Below are positions 22,601 through 35,000 of a stretch of DNA of 64,000 nucleotides, in pieces. Every line of letters starts with the position of its first letter. Positions within the stretch are counted from its first letter, which is position 1. This stretch comes from Botryllus schlosseri (Eukaryota). The position numbers and the translations under genes were made by a program. The stretch spans positions 13,704,001-13,768,000 of the forward strand of contig CM119372.1 in the NCBI GenBank assembly GCA_051294905.1, read 5' to 3'. The notes below the pieces were generated by a model. It did no database searches. It had not been told where the DNA came from and saw only the letters and a program-made list of their open reading frames with translations.

Positions 22601-25600
22601 AAATCCAAAAATAAACAGGCCTGCCGATAACCCTAATACATTCAGCCGATATTCAAAAGAAGTTGGATGTATACATAAGCACATTTTCAAAGCTTCAGGG
22701 CATTTATTTGAACATCTTTACAGTCATTGTTATACTTGAACATGAAATGAACTAGAACGGCTGCATCTGGACACCCGTAAAGTGTAAGCTATATGAAATA
22801 TATCATTATTCTCAGTTTAGCGGTCCAAGATTATGGTTTTCTGACTTCCTACCATCGATAATTCTTTCAAATTGTGATATCGTCTCGATATTATCGGCGA
22901 ACCGATAATCAGTCGGACTCTAGTATATTCCATCTTTAGACATCTGGTTAGAATAACAGGCTTCCTGACACAAATTTGCGATGAATAAGCATGATATCTC
23001 CAGAGTTACTCTCCCTCTGGGGATTCGGAAGTACGCAATCATGGCCCTTGAGCTCCATCTCGCATTGCGTAGAGATGGAAATTTATGCCATTTGATTAGT
23101 GGTAATCTACTTTGAAAAGCGGCATGCTCTGCACAGCTCATAGATAAGCTTAAAAGCATCCTTCCATCCTCGGTTTTCTAATATTTTCATCTGAAATTCT
23201 GGCTTGGTGGAGTGTACCAAGTTTTCGTAGTGTTTTACCACATCACATTTGTTGAAGACGTTGGATTGAAGAACTCTGATATATGCTTTTAAGAATCGAT
23301 AATAGGATGCTAGCAACCAATATATATAGTGGTTTATCACAATCCTTGCTCATCATTGCATTTTGCAATTCACAACAACGCCATTCTGCCGTCCAGTATC
23401 AACAGATGCTGTGTCACATGTGAAATGACATTTCAAATTTTCCAATGCATCATATTCCTCTAATCGGTTTTCTAGACTGCTGAAAATATCTTGAGTTGTT
23501 CTACTTTTGCCTTTTCGAACACCCAGTTTGATTTGTGTCAGATAAATTGAAATTATACGATAAATGCAGTTTACATCTAAAATCGAAATTAATAATTATT
23601 TATTAATTACTTAATTTTGATTATAAACAAGAACACGATAGGATTAATTTAATCTGAGCGATCACAATTTACTAAAATAATATTTTAAATATTCGCAATT
23701 GGAATTGTGTCAGTCAAATTGGGAATCAGTCGCTATATATATTATATAGTCTGTGTCTACAAAAAAAAAACTATCCTTCATACAGTGAAAACTGGAAAAT
23801 TATTGTGCGGGAGGTTTTTGTTTGAACAGTCTAAAGTTTTGTGAATTTTGAAATCAGGACACAAAAGTTCATAATTTGTGACTACAGGACACACAAAATT
23901 TATAAAAAAAATCCAGTCATAACCCTAACCGGCACCTGTCCGCAGGCCAAAGGTTGTCGACCATTGGCCTAAGAAGTATGCTTGCTATTCCCAATCATAC
24001 CATGTGCGGCCGGTAGTCATTGGCAGTCAGGCCTTTCATTAGATACCCTCAATCTATGGGATTGTGCGTGGTCTTCCACCGCGCCATTTCAAATTCAACT
24101 AGCTCAATTTTGCTTAGTGGGGAATTTAGGCTTGAATATTGGTCAAACGTGTCCAATCGACTAAAAGGGTTTGAAACCAGTGAGACATGGTGAAGACTAA
24201 ATCGAAAGTCGTAAAAGACCCAGTGAGTTGGGATACATTGGTGACAGCAACGTGGCATTCCAAATACAACGTACCAATATTTGAGGAATTTTCTGTCTTC
24301 TCTATATGTCTAGTAGGTGCCGGTAGTCGACGAACTGCACCAGACGCTTTGTTGCTGACATCACACTGCCCAGACATCACTTCGACATCGTCCGCGTCAA
24401 GCTGGGACAGGCCAGACACGCCTCTTTTCATGGGCGCATCAAAGATACAGGCATCAGGTCGTTCAACGTCCATGACATTCCGAGTATCCTCCAAGATTTT
24501 ATCTTTGTCTTCCGGTTCTAAACAATAAATTATAAGCATATACGCAATTATGAAGACAAAGTGTTGAAAGCACGAGTTTTACACAGAGCCACAGAGGAGA
24601 GACTTTCGATACACACAAACATTTATATCCCCACCACACCAACCATAAACAACCTCACCGGATTGGTACAGCGGACTAAAATATCATGGTGTCATATGCA
24701 CAGATTATGAAAACCTTCACAGTTAATGATCTAGACTTGAATAATTGCAGCTCAAAATATCTAGAACAGTGGTTCCCCGACACATCGCCCCTTATCTAGC
24801 TCGACGCAAGTTTTTGCCCCCATATTTTCGGAACCGAAGAAGAGGGCATATAAAAGGGAAATTTTCCGCAACTAAATTCTGATAGCTGGTGAATTGACTA
24901 CAAAAGAAGGTCATTTTTTCGAAATGTCTCCCGAAAGACTCGTCTTCACGTATAATCGGTGGAGTTCATGTTTTTTTTAGTCAACTTTCGAGGGAGATTC
25001 AAAAGAACCCGTTTTTCACGTGCCTATTAATTAAATATAGCCGTTCTAACACACTATACGATGAAATGTCTGTCTTATCGACGACAATTATGGTTTCGAT
25101 ACTATTTTTCACTGTGGAAACCTTGAAACCTTGATTGGCCGTATCACAGCATACGAAACATGGTACAAAGCTACGACCGTTACTCGAAATATCCCATTTC
25201 CGAAGTCATGTTCCTCCCACAATATTGTCACAAAGTGAAATGAAATCGTTACGTCGAAATGATACCAAAGTATAAGTAATGTGATGAACAACAGGCATTA
25301 TATTCTTTGTGGTGGCATAAAAGGTACATATTTGAACCTTGAAATCTTATATACTGTTATTACGTCATAATCAGAGATACTCGAATACTCGACTCAAAGC
25401 ATATTACGTGACTCAGAATCGAATCACTCAGGTACTCGATTTTGCCCAGCCCTACTTAGCAGTCTTTAGTCTCGAGTCATGCAAAATGACTTGAGTACAA
25501 GTCGAGTCAATACAAAAATTGACTCAAGTCAATTTACGCATTTGAAAAGATGACTCGAGTCAAGTCGAGTCACCAAAAAATCGCGACTCGAGTCAAGTCA

Positions 25601-26035
25601 TGACTCGAGTCATTACAACCCTGATGTATGCGCTATATTCAACTGCACCACTTCAAAAACAAATTGACTATTGACTGACGGGGTCTGCTGGATCAAAAAG
25701 GTTGGAATCCAGTGATCCATACTAGACTGACACGACAGCTCCCTGATATTTCAAATACAACGCACCAGAAATTGAAGAATTCTCTTTGTTTTCCTCACAA
25801 CTAGTAGGCGGCGGTAGTCGACGCATTACACCTGACTCTTTGTTGCTGACATCGCAACGCCCAGACGTCAGTTTGGCATCATCGAGTTGAAGCTTGGAAA
25901 TGCAAGACGTGGGGCGTTCAACCGGTAAATCAACGTTACTAGCCTCACGTCGTTCAATGTCCTTGACATTTTCCGAATCCGAAACCGCAAGTCGGTCCGT
26001 AGTATTGTGCGAGATTTTATTTTTGTCTTCCGATT
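16666..26035 (-). CDS. Probable 3' exons of TDRD12 (duplicated linker exons, helical region, acidic tail)
   Basis: Ten open exons with GT-AG borders and compatible phases, ending ...GFNYDRFNDIDTDTTDAE...DTDTEATTDSETM* (TAG 16668-16666). Joining to the upstream part needs a phase 0->1 exon (candidate 38274-38247). Could alternatively be a separate gene. Confidence 0.6.
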
Positions 26036-29000
26036 CTAAATGAAAATTCAGCGACATCAATGCGAGGTGTACAGGCAGAGTGCTGGATTCTGGAAGTCAG
26101 CGCAGTGGTCATCTGCAGAGGCTAGCCTCTCGATACGCACAAACTTTTATATGATCGTCACATCAACCTGAATCAAATTACCTTCACCGCATTGATTCAG
26201 CTAACTGGAGCATCAAGGCGTTCTATGTATAGAAAACGAGGTATTTGCATGCATCTCAATCGAATAGATCGGTGGTTCCCAAAATTTTTTAAGCTACTGC
26301 CCCCCCTGGACAACGAATAAAGTACCAACGCCCCCGACCCCCCCCCTAAATGATAAAGCGAAAGTTGTTCCGTAAATACTATAATCAACAATAATACATA
26401 TGAAGCTGTTGCATATGTTATCATCATCATCATCATTATTATATTGGTTTGATATCTTAGAAGAACAATCTGAAATCTCCACGTCCGGCTATGTGAAGTT
26501 TCTGCTGTTAGTCAGAAGATTTGTCACGGCGCTGAAAGCACGTTTTAATAAATATAAGCTGGGAGCTGATGAGGAAAAATTCAACCCGACTCCAGGTAGA
26601 GTATTTCCATATGATTCAATTGTGTAAATGTATCCAGAAGGATTGATAGTAAGAGATATTGAACTTTGATGTGAGCGCAAAATTGTTCTGCAATGTAGAC
26701 GGCTCTTATTCATTTCATGCTCGGAAATTTCACGGACTGTACTGATTACACTGCGCAACAATTTTGAACGAAAAATTTGTAGACTTTGGTTGTTTATGCT
26801 AATTTTGACGTGCTGATTCCAATAATGCCGCTGGTTTTCTTCTATCACGTCAAGTTTTTGCTCTACGACATATGCCCAAAATATGCAAATTTCCACGATT
26901 TTAGCCACATTACTTTTCCATACCATATAAAAATCCATACTTTTACCATATAATAAGTTATATAGCGAAGGGATCAATTGAATTATAAAGAAAAAAGATG
27001 CTGGTATCGATCTAGGCCGATGCTTTCACCCATTTTCGGTTAGAGGATGCAATCATCCGATGATATTTCACACACATATTTGATGCAAACTGGAAGATAT
27101 AGCAAGAAAATTAAACATTACTTTTACTATCAGCTGTAGGTCCAATGCCCCATTCAGCTTATCCAGTGTAACTTGAAGCTCACATACGCTCGATAATTTG
27201 GATCAATATGAAGATCCTATAGTTAGCAGGCCTAATGATGAATATTTTGAAATCGAATATGATTCAGAACGTTATTGATCTGACATAAGCTTTAGGACTA
27301 GGAATAGAAATTTTCAGAACTTTTAACATCCTTACGAAGTGAGAAAAGATTCCTTGGCAAGGTGGAGAAGGTATCTCACTTTGGATCATGAGAATCAGCC
27401 TTTTCTCAGTAGGCCTGCTTTCGGTAGCTTTGTGTATTGCATTGTACTGGCATTGGCATTATACTGTTACCATGGATTACTGGAGCAGTTGGGAATCCCG
27501 ATTTACAACTCAAGTGAATGGCAAATGCCTATAGGTAGCTGAAAAAGGATCCGAAAGTGTGGCATTCTCCAAAATGGCAATGTCTTAGGTGCAGTAACAA
27601 TTGCACAGTCAGTTAGTCTTCGTCAATAATACAGAAGCATTGAGAATCATAGGCTCCGACTTTAAATTTTTTACGAGGTGGCGAGGTCATGTGATGTCAT
27701 AATTTCTCCATATAGATGACGTCATCATCACACTAAAACGCACTTTACTACATGCCGCTGGTGTATGTGCAGTGTGCACTTGTGCAGCGTAAAACCATAG
27801 TGTCCTATATGGTGTCGACACAAGCAAATCTCACGGCTCAGTGAAATTGGTCTACGTCACACTTTCCATTTTGCTGAAGGCAATTTGAGGGTAATTTTTG
27901 ACTGACTTGCCGAGCATCAAATTTGATGAAACGGGTATCAATCGAAAGCTGCGGCTGTACTCACTCAAGTAGCTAGTATAGGAACTATAGTCGGCGACAT
28001 TGAAACCTAATTCCGAGAAGGCACAAGAGTGCACCCACTGAGTTCAGCGTGTTATGGACAAATGGACTGAAAACTAGATATTCACAGAAGCGAAAACGCC
28101 AATACGAGACCGTTATATGCAGGATACATAGAGAATATTATAGTTACACAGAAGTATAAATCAAATATATGTGGTTGCACTGCTGTATCAATTCTGACTC
28201 AAAAGGTCCCCGGCCACCAGAGAAACCCGAATCGCGATTTAATAACATATGAAGGTATGCAAATATTTAATCACCGTATTTCTCATGGCAATTCGGCTGT
28301 TTGCGATACAGGTGTTGCTGTAATTGAACCGGGTTTGTAATATAAAGTAGTATTGTAATATATGCTTGATTATAAAGTAACCATTGAAAATCAAGGGTAT
28401 GGATTTTGAGGTATGCGAGTGATCTGCAGGTTTGAATCCGTTGGAGCTAACATATGTTAGCTGACTATTGCTTGAGTATCAAACTAGACAACTTACAGAA
28501 TTATGGGTCATTAGTAGGGCGGTTTTTTTTTACCTAAAAATAATAAAATTTTGACCTAAAAAATCAAAATTTTGACTTTTTTTGACCTAAAAAAACTGAA
28601 TTTTGACCAAATTTTGACCTAACGTATGCAAATTAGGTGTTTTCCCACATAATGTTAGAACTGTTCCACTTATCTTCATTTCTGGTTGGAACTGACTGTC
28701 CTAACGAAGTAGTTTGGCCTGAAAAACGTTTTTGGCTTAGAAACAGGCAACTTTTTACACGAAAAAAACAACATTTTAACGAAATCTGGCCCCATGAAGA
28801 ATTCCAGTGGTTACAAAATGTATTATGGTAGAAATAATTAAAATATTTTGGAGTACAACGAAAGATACTTTTCTACATTCTTGGGTAGAAAGAGCACGTC
28901 CTTACTAAGAAGCTTGCCAAGGACGTTCAACAGCAGGAGTTGTTGGCTGACAACACTCAAGTTGTGCGTATACTGCTGGTGCTGGTGACACACCGTGTTG

Positions 29001-32000
29001 CTTCATTCTGACAATGTTGCCTACATCACAATTTTTCATCATGCGCTTCTTAATGTAAGAATGATGCAATGCACAAGAAGTCTATCTGCATTTAGGATAT
29101 TGCGGTACGTTGACCATAACACCAGACGATTAGCCGTTTACAACGGTAGGCCTATAAAATAGGCTAAAAGCGGTAAAATATCAAATTATAAGTTCACCGA
29201 CAGTGCAAAATCTACAATACAAACAAAATGCAGACGTCAAAATTTTTTTGACTTTACGAAAAATTTTGACGAATTTTGACCTAACGCTACAATTGTGACA
29301 AAATTTTGACAAATTTTGACATGTCAAAAAAAAACCGCCCTAGTTATTAGCGTAAATTTGGACCCTGAAACTCGCACTATATTTGTCCTGTAGAAGCAAC
29401 ATCAGTTCAAATCAACCAAATATAACAGTGCAAATGTTTATTTGAAGTCTATTGATTTACTTTCGACTGCTTGTGGTTTTTGAAACGATTTATGCAATAA
29501 AAATAAAATATTAAAAGTAGTGGTATTATGCGGGTTATGAGACAATGTGGTGGGTGCCTAACCCAAAATCTTGACGTGATAGAGAAAAACGGAAGTGATT
29601 TTTGAATTCAGAGCCCAAAAGTAAGTCAAAATCAATTGTCTGATCAAAGTCAACAAAAATTGTGTTGACCAGTGTTATCCTATCCAAAAATGAACTTTTC
29701 TGATTGGAATATATTCTGAAATCAGATCAGACATGGGGTAATCGCGATTAGTAATCGTAATCGATTACGACGATTACAGCATTTTCAAGTAATCGTAATC
29801 GCAATCGATTACATTCGAAAAAAATCCAAAGTAATCGTAATCGTAATCGACTACTTCGCATATTTAATCGATTGTTTTGTGAAAGAAAGATTACTTTTTA
29901 TTTGTACAATGAATATGACAAATCCGAACATTCGAGAACAAGGAAGAGATATTATACTAGGTTATTGATAACAATCGGTTGATTTTCGAACGCCACTGCT
30001 CATTATTACGTCAGAAATATTAGCTTTGCTCGTCCTTGCGAAAGAAGTATCCACACGTAGTAAATATATATTCGATGTACATTGTTGTGTGATTGTTAGA
30101 ACAGTGTATGCCATGCTGTATATCAGGTTATCAATACACTCCAGACGCCACTACCTCGCAGCAAGATAATAATCACCACTCTGCCTAGTTTCAAATAGTA
30201 ACTCATGTATTGATGTTTGGTTATGCTTATAGTTAAACGCAGTTTGACCGTTGCTGCTTGGCGAGCAGTAGGCCTGTCTATGGAGTGTACGTATGTATTG
30301 CACGTACACCGGACAAAGATTTGAAGTTTTGTACTCGTCAAATAAAACATTACGCTGCGTTTATATATCATAACCGAGCCGTTCTTTGCCGTTTCTTTTA
30401 ACGGTATAACCGGCAGCTTGCAGTATCTGTATTAAGTGGAAGGTAGAATTTTAAGTTCACTTTATCTTATCCTCATATGAATACTTCAAACGGGCGCAAT
30501 CGTTATTTCACAATTCTTCACTCGACATTTATACCTGCCGCCATAGCCCCCCGCTTATGCACCATGTAAGCGTGGGCATAGGCGCCGAACGCTAATTTTC
30601 CTTAGGCATGCGAGTTCGATGACGTCACAAAGGAATGACGTCATGATCCGACGGAATTGATATTTAGGGATAATATAGCATCAATTCATGAGGGTTAAGT
30701 GCCTGCATAAATGCCGATTATGCAATATCTGCGTGTTAACAAACTTGCGCGTATGATAAGCTTGTCAACGAGTCCGGAAGTGCTGTCAATTAGCGAGTCC
30801 CTGATCGCTAGCGAACAATTAAATACGCCGCTTATCAACGCGTATTACGTAACCTCGGCGACGATTTGCGCAAGGCAAAATGTCAGAGTTGTTATGGAAT
30901 CTGTTCTATAATGGCACTGATTTCAGGTTGTTCCAACCTTTCCCGTCTTTTACAACTCAAGCCTTGACAGTTGACACACATCTTCTGATGATTATGTTTA
31001 GGTATTAGCGGGATTCACTTACGCATGCACGGCGCACTCACAATCGCACATGTCTGCGGACATTCGATGTCATTCAGGTTAGCGATGCCGCTCTTTAATT
31101 ACAATCGCTAACCAACAAACACCTAACGGCATTGTCACCAAGCCATCGAAAGATTGGAGCTAGCGCATGCTAGGCTCGAGAGATGGGAGCCAACGCATGC
31201 CTGGCTCTAGACGCGATAGTTAGCCAGCGATGATATCTTTCGTACCAGGCCTGTTGCAGATGCGATTGTGTAGGCAAGCGATAATATCGTGTGCGCCAAT
31301 GCAGATGCGAATGTGCAGGCAGCGATGGCACCGGGCTTACTGCTGATGTGATTGTTCATTATGCTCAAGCGAGTGAAACTAGGCTTGTAGGAGACGCGAT
31401 AAAGCAGGCAAGCGCCCCAAGCAATGATTGCCGAACGCACGGCAATCAGTGACACAATTTCGCGCTCATCTCAGCGGGAGATCGTGTCGCGTTACATTGT
31501 GCACAGACATATCTCGTTAATTGGCAACGCGATTGTAGCTAATTGGCCGCGCGCAACGGGTTACCTCGCTCACATAAGCGGTAGTAGGTAATGTCGTAAA
31601 CGGAAATACATTGCGATTCGTTCTAAATAACACAATCGGGGATTATGCCGATTCATGTCGAACCGAATTCTAGGCATGCCGCATGCCTAAAAAAATGTCT
31701 AGGCATGCCTGGCATGCCTTGCATGCCCAGGTTCGGCGCCTATGAGCGTGGGTTGTAGGTACAATCAGAACCAAAACAGCAATTCGTCCCCCACTCCAAA
31801 CGTTGGTATTGGTAAGGTTGTAACCAGGGCCGTAACAGCACTTCGTCAGGCCCCCCCCAAAACGTTGGCCTTGGGCCCCCCATGGGGTGATAACCCTAAC
31901 TTCTGGGGGGCTTCGCCCCCCAGACCCCCCTTTGGCTAGACGCTTTTTGACGCTATTTCACATCTCCACTGGGTGTCCTTAGATCAGACGGCTTTTCCCG

Positions 32001-35000
32001 CCTAGTCGCGCGAAGCGCGAAAAATTTCAGTAATTCAAGAATGTAATCGGGCGATCTGATCGGGAATTACATATATATTGCTATAAATTTTGATCCTCTT
32101 TCTGCTCACGTACTCTATACTTTATCACCCAGAGAGCAGGACGACGATGAGAATTGTACATTGGATCGCAGCGGGCCGTAACAGCACTTCATCAGCCCCT
32201 CCAAAAAAAATGTTGGTCTTGGGCCTGCTATATCAAAAATATAGAATCGCTCTAACGTACTAAACTAAAAGACGCACACGATTTCAAATTGGTATTTCTT
32301 CACTGGCATATATTTTTTCCTGTTGGATGGTATTTGTCTTCTGAGGTTCGGATTGCCAAGACAGGAACATATGGCGCCAGTCATTTAGGCGCCTATGGAC
32401 AATTAAACCTATTATTTGGTACATATAACGAAGTTTTCGGTCTGCGTGAGGGCAGTCCGTTTCGGCCAAGCTTTTCGCACTGCCGATCGTTCTGGTACAC
32501 TTCTTGGAGTCGCATGTAATAAGTCCTAAATCATTATATATCTTGGTGCGTAGTGGCGTGTTAATGGCCAACGCCGATATGTCCATTTCTATAAATCTTG
32601 CGTGTTTTTTCTTGGGGAAGAGTATACCAAATAATGAAGATATTTGGCAGCTTTAAATCGCGCGCAGCGCAAAAAATTTTGGAAAAAATTGCATAAATTT
32701 TCAAAAAATACTCTATAATTTATGCTAATTCACGAAATAATTTGGGGCCCCCTTCGAGCTCGGGCCCCCCCCAATTGGGGGGTTTGGGGTGCGGCAGTTA
32801 CGGTGCTGGTTGTAACGTAGGGTTACCATATTTTTGTGTAGCAAATTCCGGACACTCTTTAGCGCCCACTAGCGGATTTAAAAATGAGGTATTACACATT
32901 GAGTGTCAATATGACGTCACACGAGCAAAGTATTGCCAAACGACTGTATACAGGAATGGAGTGGGACACATAGGTCATGAATTGGGCCCTCTGAAATGTG
33001 AGCTCTGGTGATTGCTACTTGCTATGGTGTGCAATAGATTTCTCCACTGGCCGGATGAAATCGTCTGGCGGGCCGTGTTTGGCCCGTCTGGATTGTGTTT
33101 GACAGCCCTGCTATCTACTGTTAGGTCGGTGCGGCTATCTGATTGTGTGTTTTTATTTAATCAGGTCCGAAACAACATTTTTTCCGCCCCCTTCCGCCCA
33201 AAAAAAGAGCACTGATCTCTAACCCAGCATAGGGTAATCGATGTAACTTTTTGGACAATTACTATATGCATTTGACTGTGAAATTTTATGAATGAATTCT
33301 TCAATAATATTGATTCTCCCATTAGGCTACCATAAAATGCACCAGCAGGTTGCACATCCGGTGATTTCTAACCTTTAATAGTCGCGACCTCATTTCAAAC
33401 TTTAAAATGTTCCGTGTCCCAGCTAAAAACTTGATAAGCTGATCGCTAAAAAATTTTAACTTGCCCAAACTTACTCCCGGCTTACGACGGTGATTACGTC
33501 CAACATCATCGCGATCCCCAGATAAAGGTAAACGACCCCAAGATTTGGAACCACTATCTGTGACTAAAGCATCTAATCGGCGTTGACCAACTCTAGTACT
33601 ATACCGTTTGCTTATAATTGCGATTACCATTGGACTTATTTCAGTAAATGATGGTAATTTATATTTATTTTGATTGCATTTTTTGGCGAAAGTGGTGCCT
33701 GGTGCCCACACTAATATCAATATACGTGTTATTACCTCGCGCGCAACGCGAAGAAGAATTTAGAATATCATAAATCTGCTTGAAAAAATATTGTTTATGT
33801 TGATTTACGAAAAAGAAATTCCTCCCGGACGCAGATTTTTCAGCGAAATTCCGGACATGTCCGGGAAATTCCGGACGTATGGCAACCCTATTGTAACCAA
33901 GTTACAATGTTCCGAGTCGCAAGTCAATCTCACTTTTATAGTTATGACTCGAGTCAAGTCTATTCATTTTCAATTCCCCCCCGAGTCAAGTGCGAGTCCA
34001 AGTCAGCTAGTATAGGGTCGAGTCTGAGTCATATTTTTTAACTCGAGTACGAGTCCAAGTCGTTATGTTCACAGATCAGTTTTCTGATCAATCCGGCTCA
34101 ACCCACTTTTTTCAACTCTGCGCGAGGGATATAGAATGGCTCGCGTTCATAATATCGTATTTTTCATCAAGTTTCACAGTTTACGGCCCCATTTCCAAGT
34201 ATCAGGACTGATAGACGAAATACAAATAATGTGGTAACGTTACTATTCTTCGAAGTTACATGGAATGTCTGTATTGGCCGTTCTAGTCTCGAGTCATGCA
34301 AAATGACTCGAGTACAAGTCGAGGTAATACAAAAAATAACTCGAGTCAAGTGTAGTCACCAAAACATCGCGACTCGAGTCGAGTCATGACTCGAGTCATT
34401 ACAACCCTGGGTATTGGGGCCCCATAGGGTGGTCAGTTTTCAAGTTGATGAGGGAATTTCGTCAATAATATTGGTATTTGCATTATCTTGCTATTCATTC
34501 AGATTTACCGGTAGAGCTGGGGGCAAGTAATTCATAATTGTAACATCTGGTATGTTGTTTTAATTTCATTATTGTATGCTGTTAATTCGTGACCTCCCGT
34601 CTTTTATATAATCAAAAGATACTGTAGTCGCCCAAACGTAGCAGACTAAAAGAAAAACTTTCGTGAGACGCACACACAAATTGCCATATCTTCATTCCTC
34701 TGTGAGTGCCCCGGGTGACATTTGCATTGTTGGGGCTCTGATTGGAAGGACCGGACTATTCGTCACGCCCACACAGCGCGGCTACTTACAATGGACACAT
34801 ACCCAACGTTTTGGCCAAGGTCATTCTTTGGTAGCACACTTTGTGGAGTTGCATGTTGGCCGAAATTGCTTACGTCTTTTGGTGTGTCGTGGCGGGGTAA
34901 TGACCGCCACTGAAATGCCTATTCCTATAAATTTGCATGCTTTTTTTCTTGAGGGGGAGAGGTATGCATTTCAAAATCAAGCTATTTAGAGACATTAAAT

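Noticed and set aside
26560..26595. Additional hammerhead (ctgatgaggaaa)
   Set aside because: No stem II and no properly placed stem I; other CTGAYGA hits I checked (920, 8517, 8892, 22182) lack GAAA-UH.
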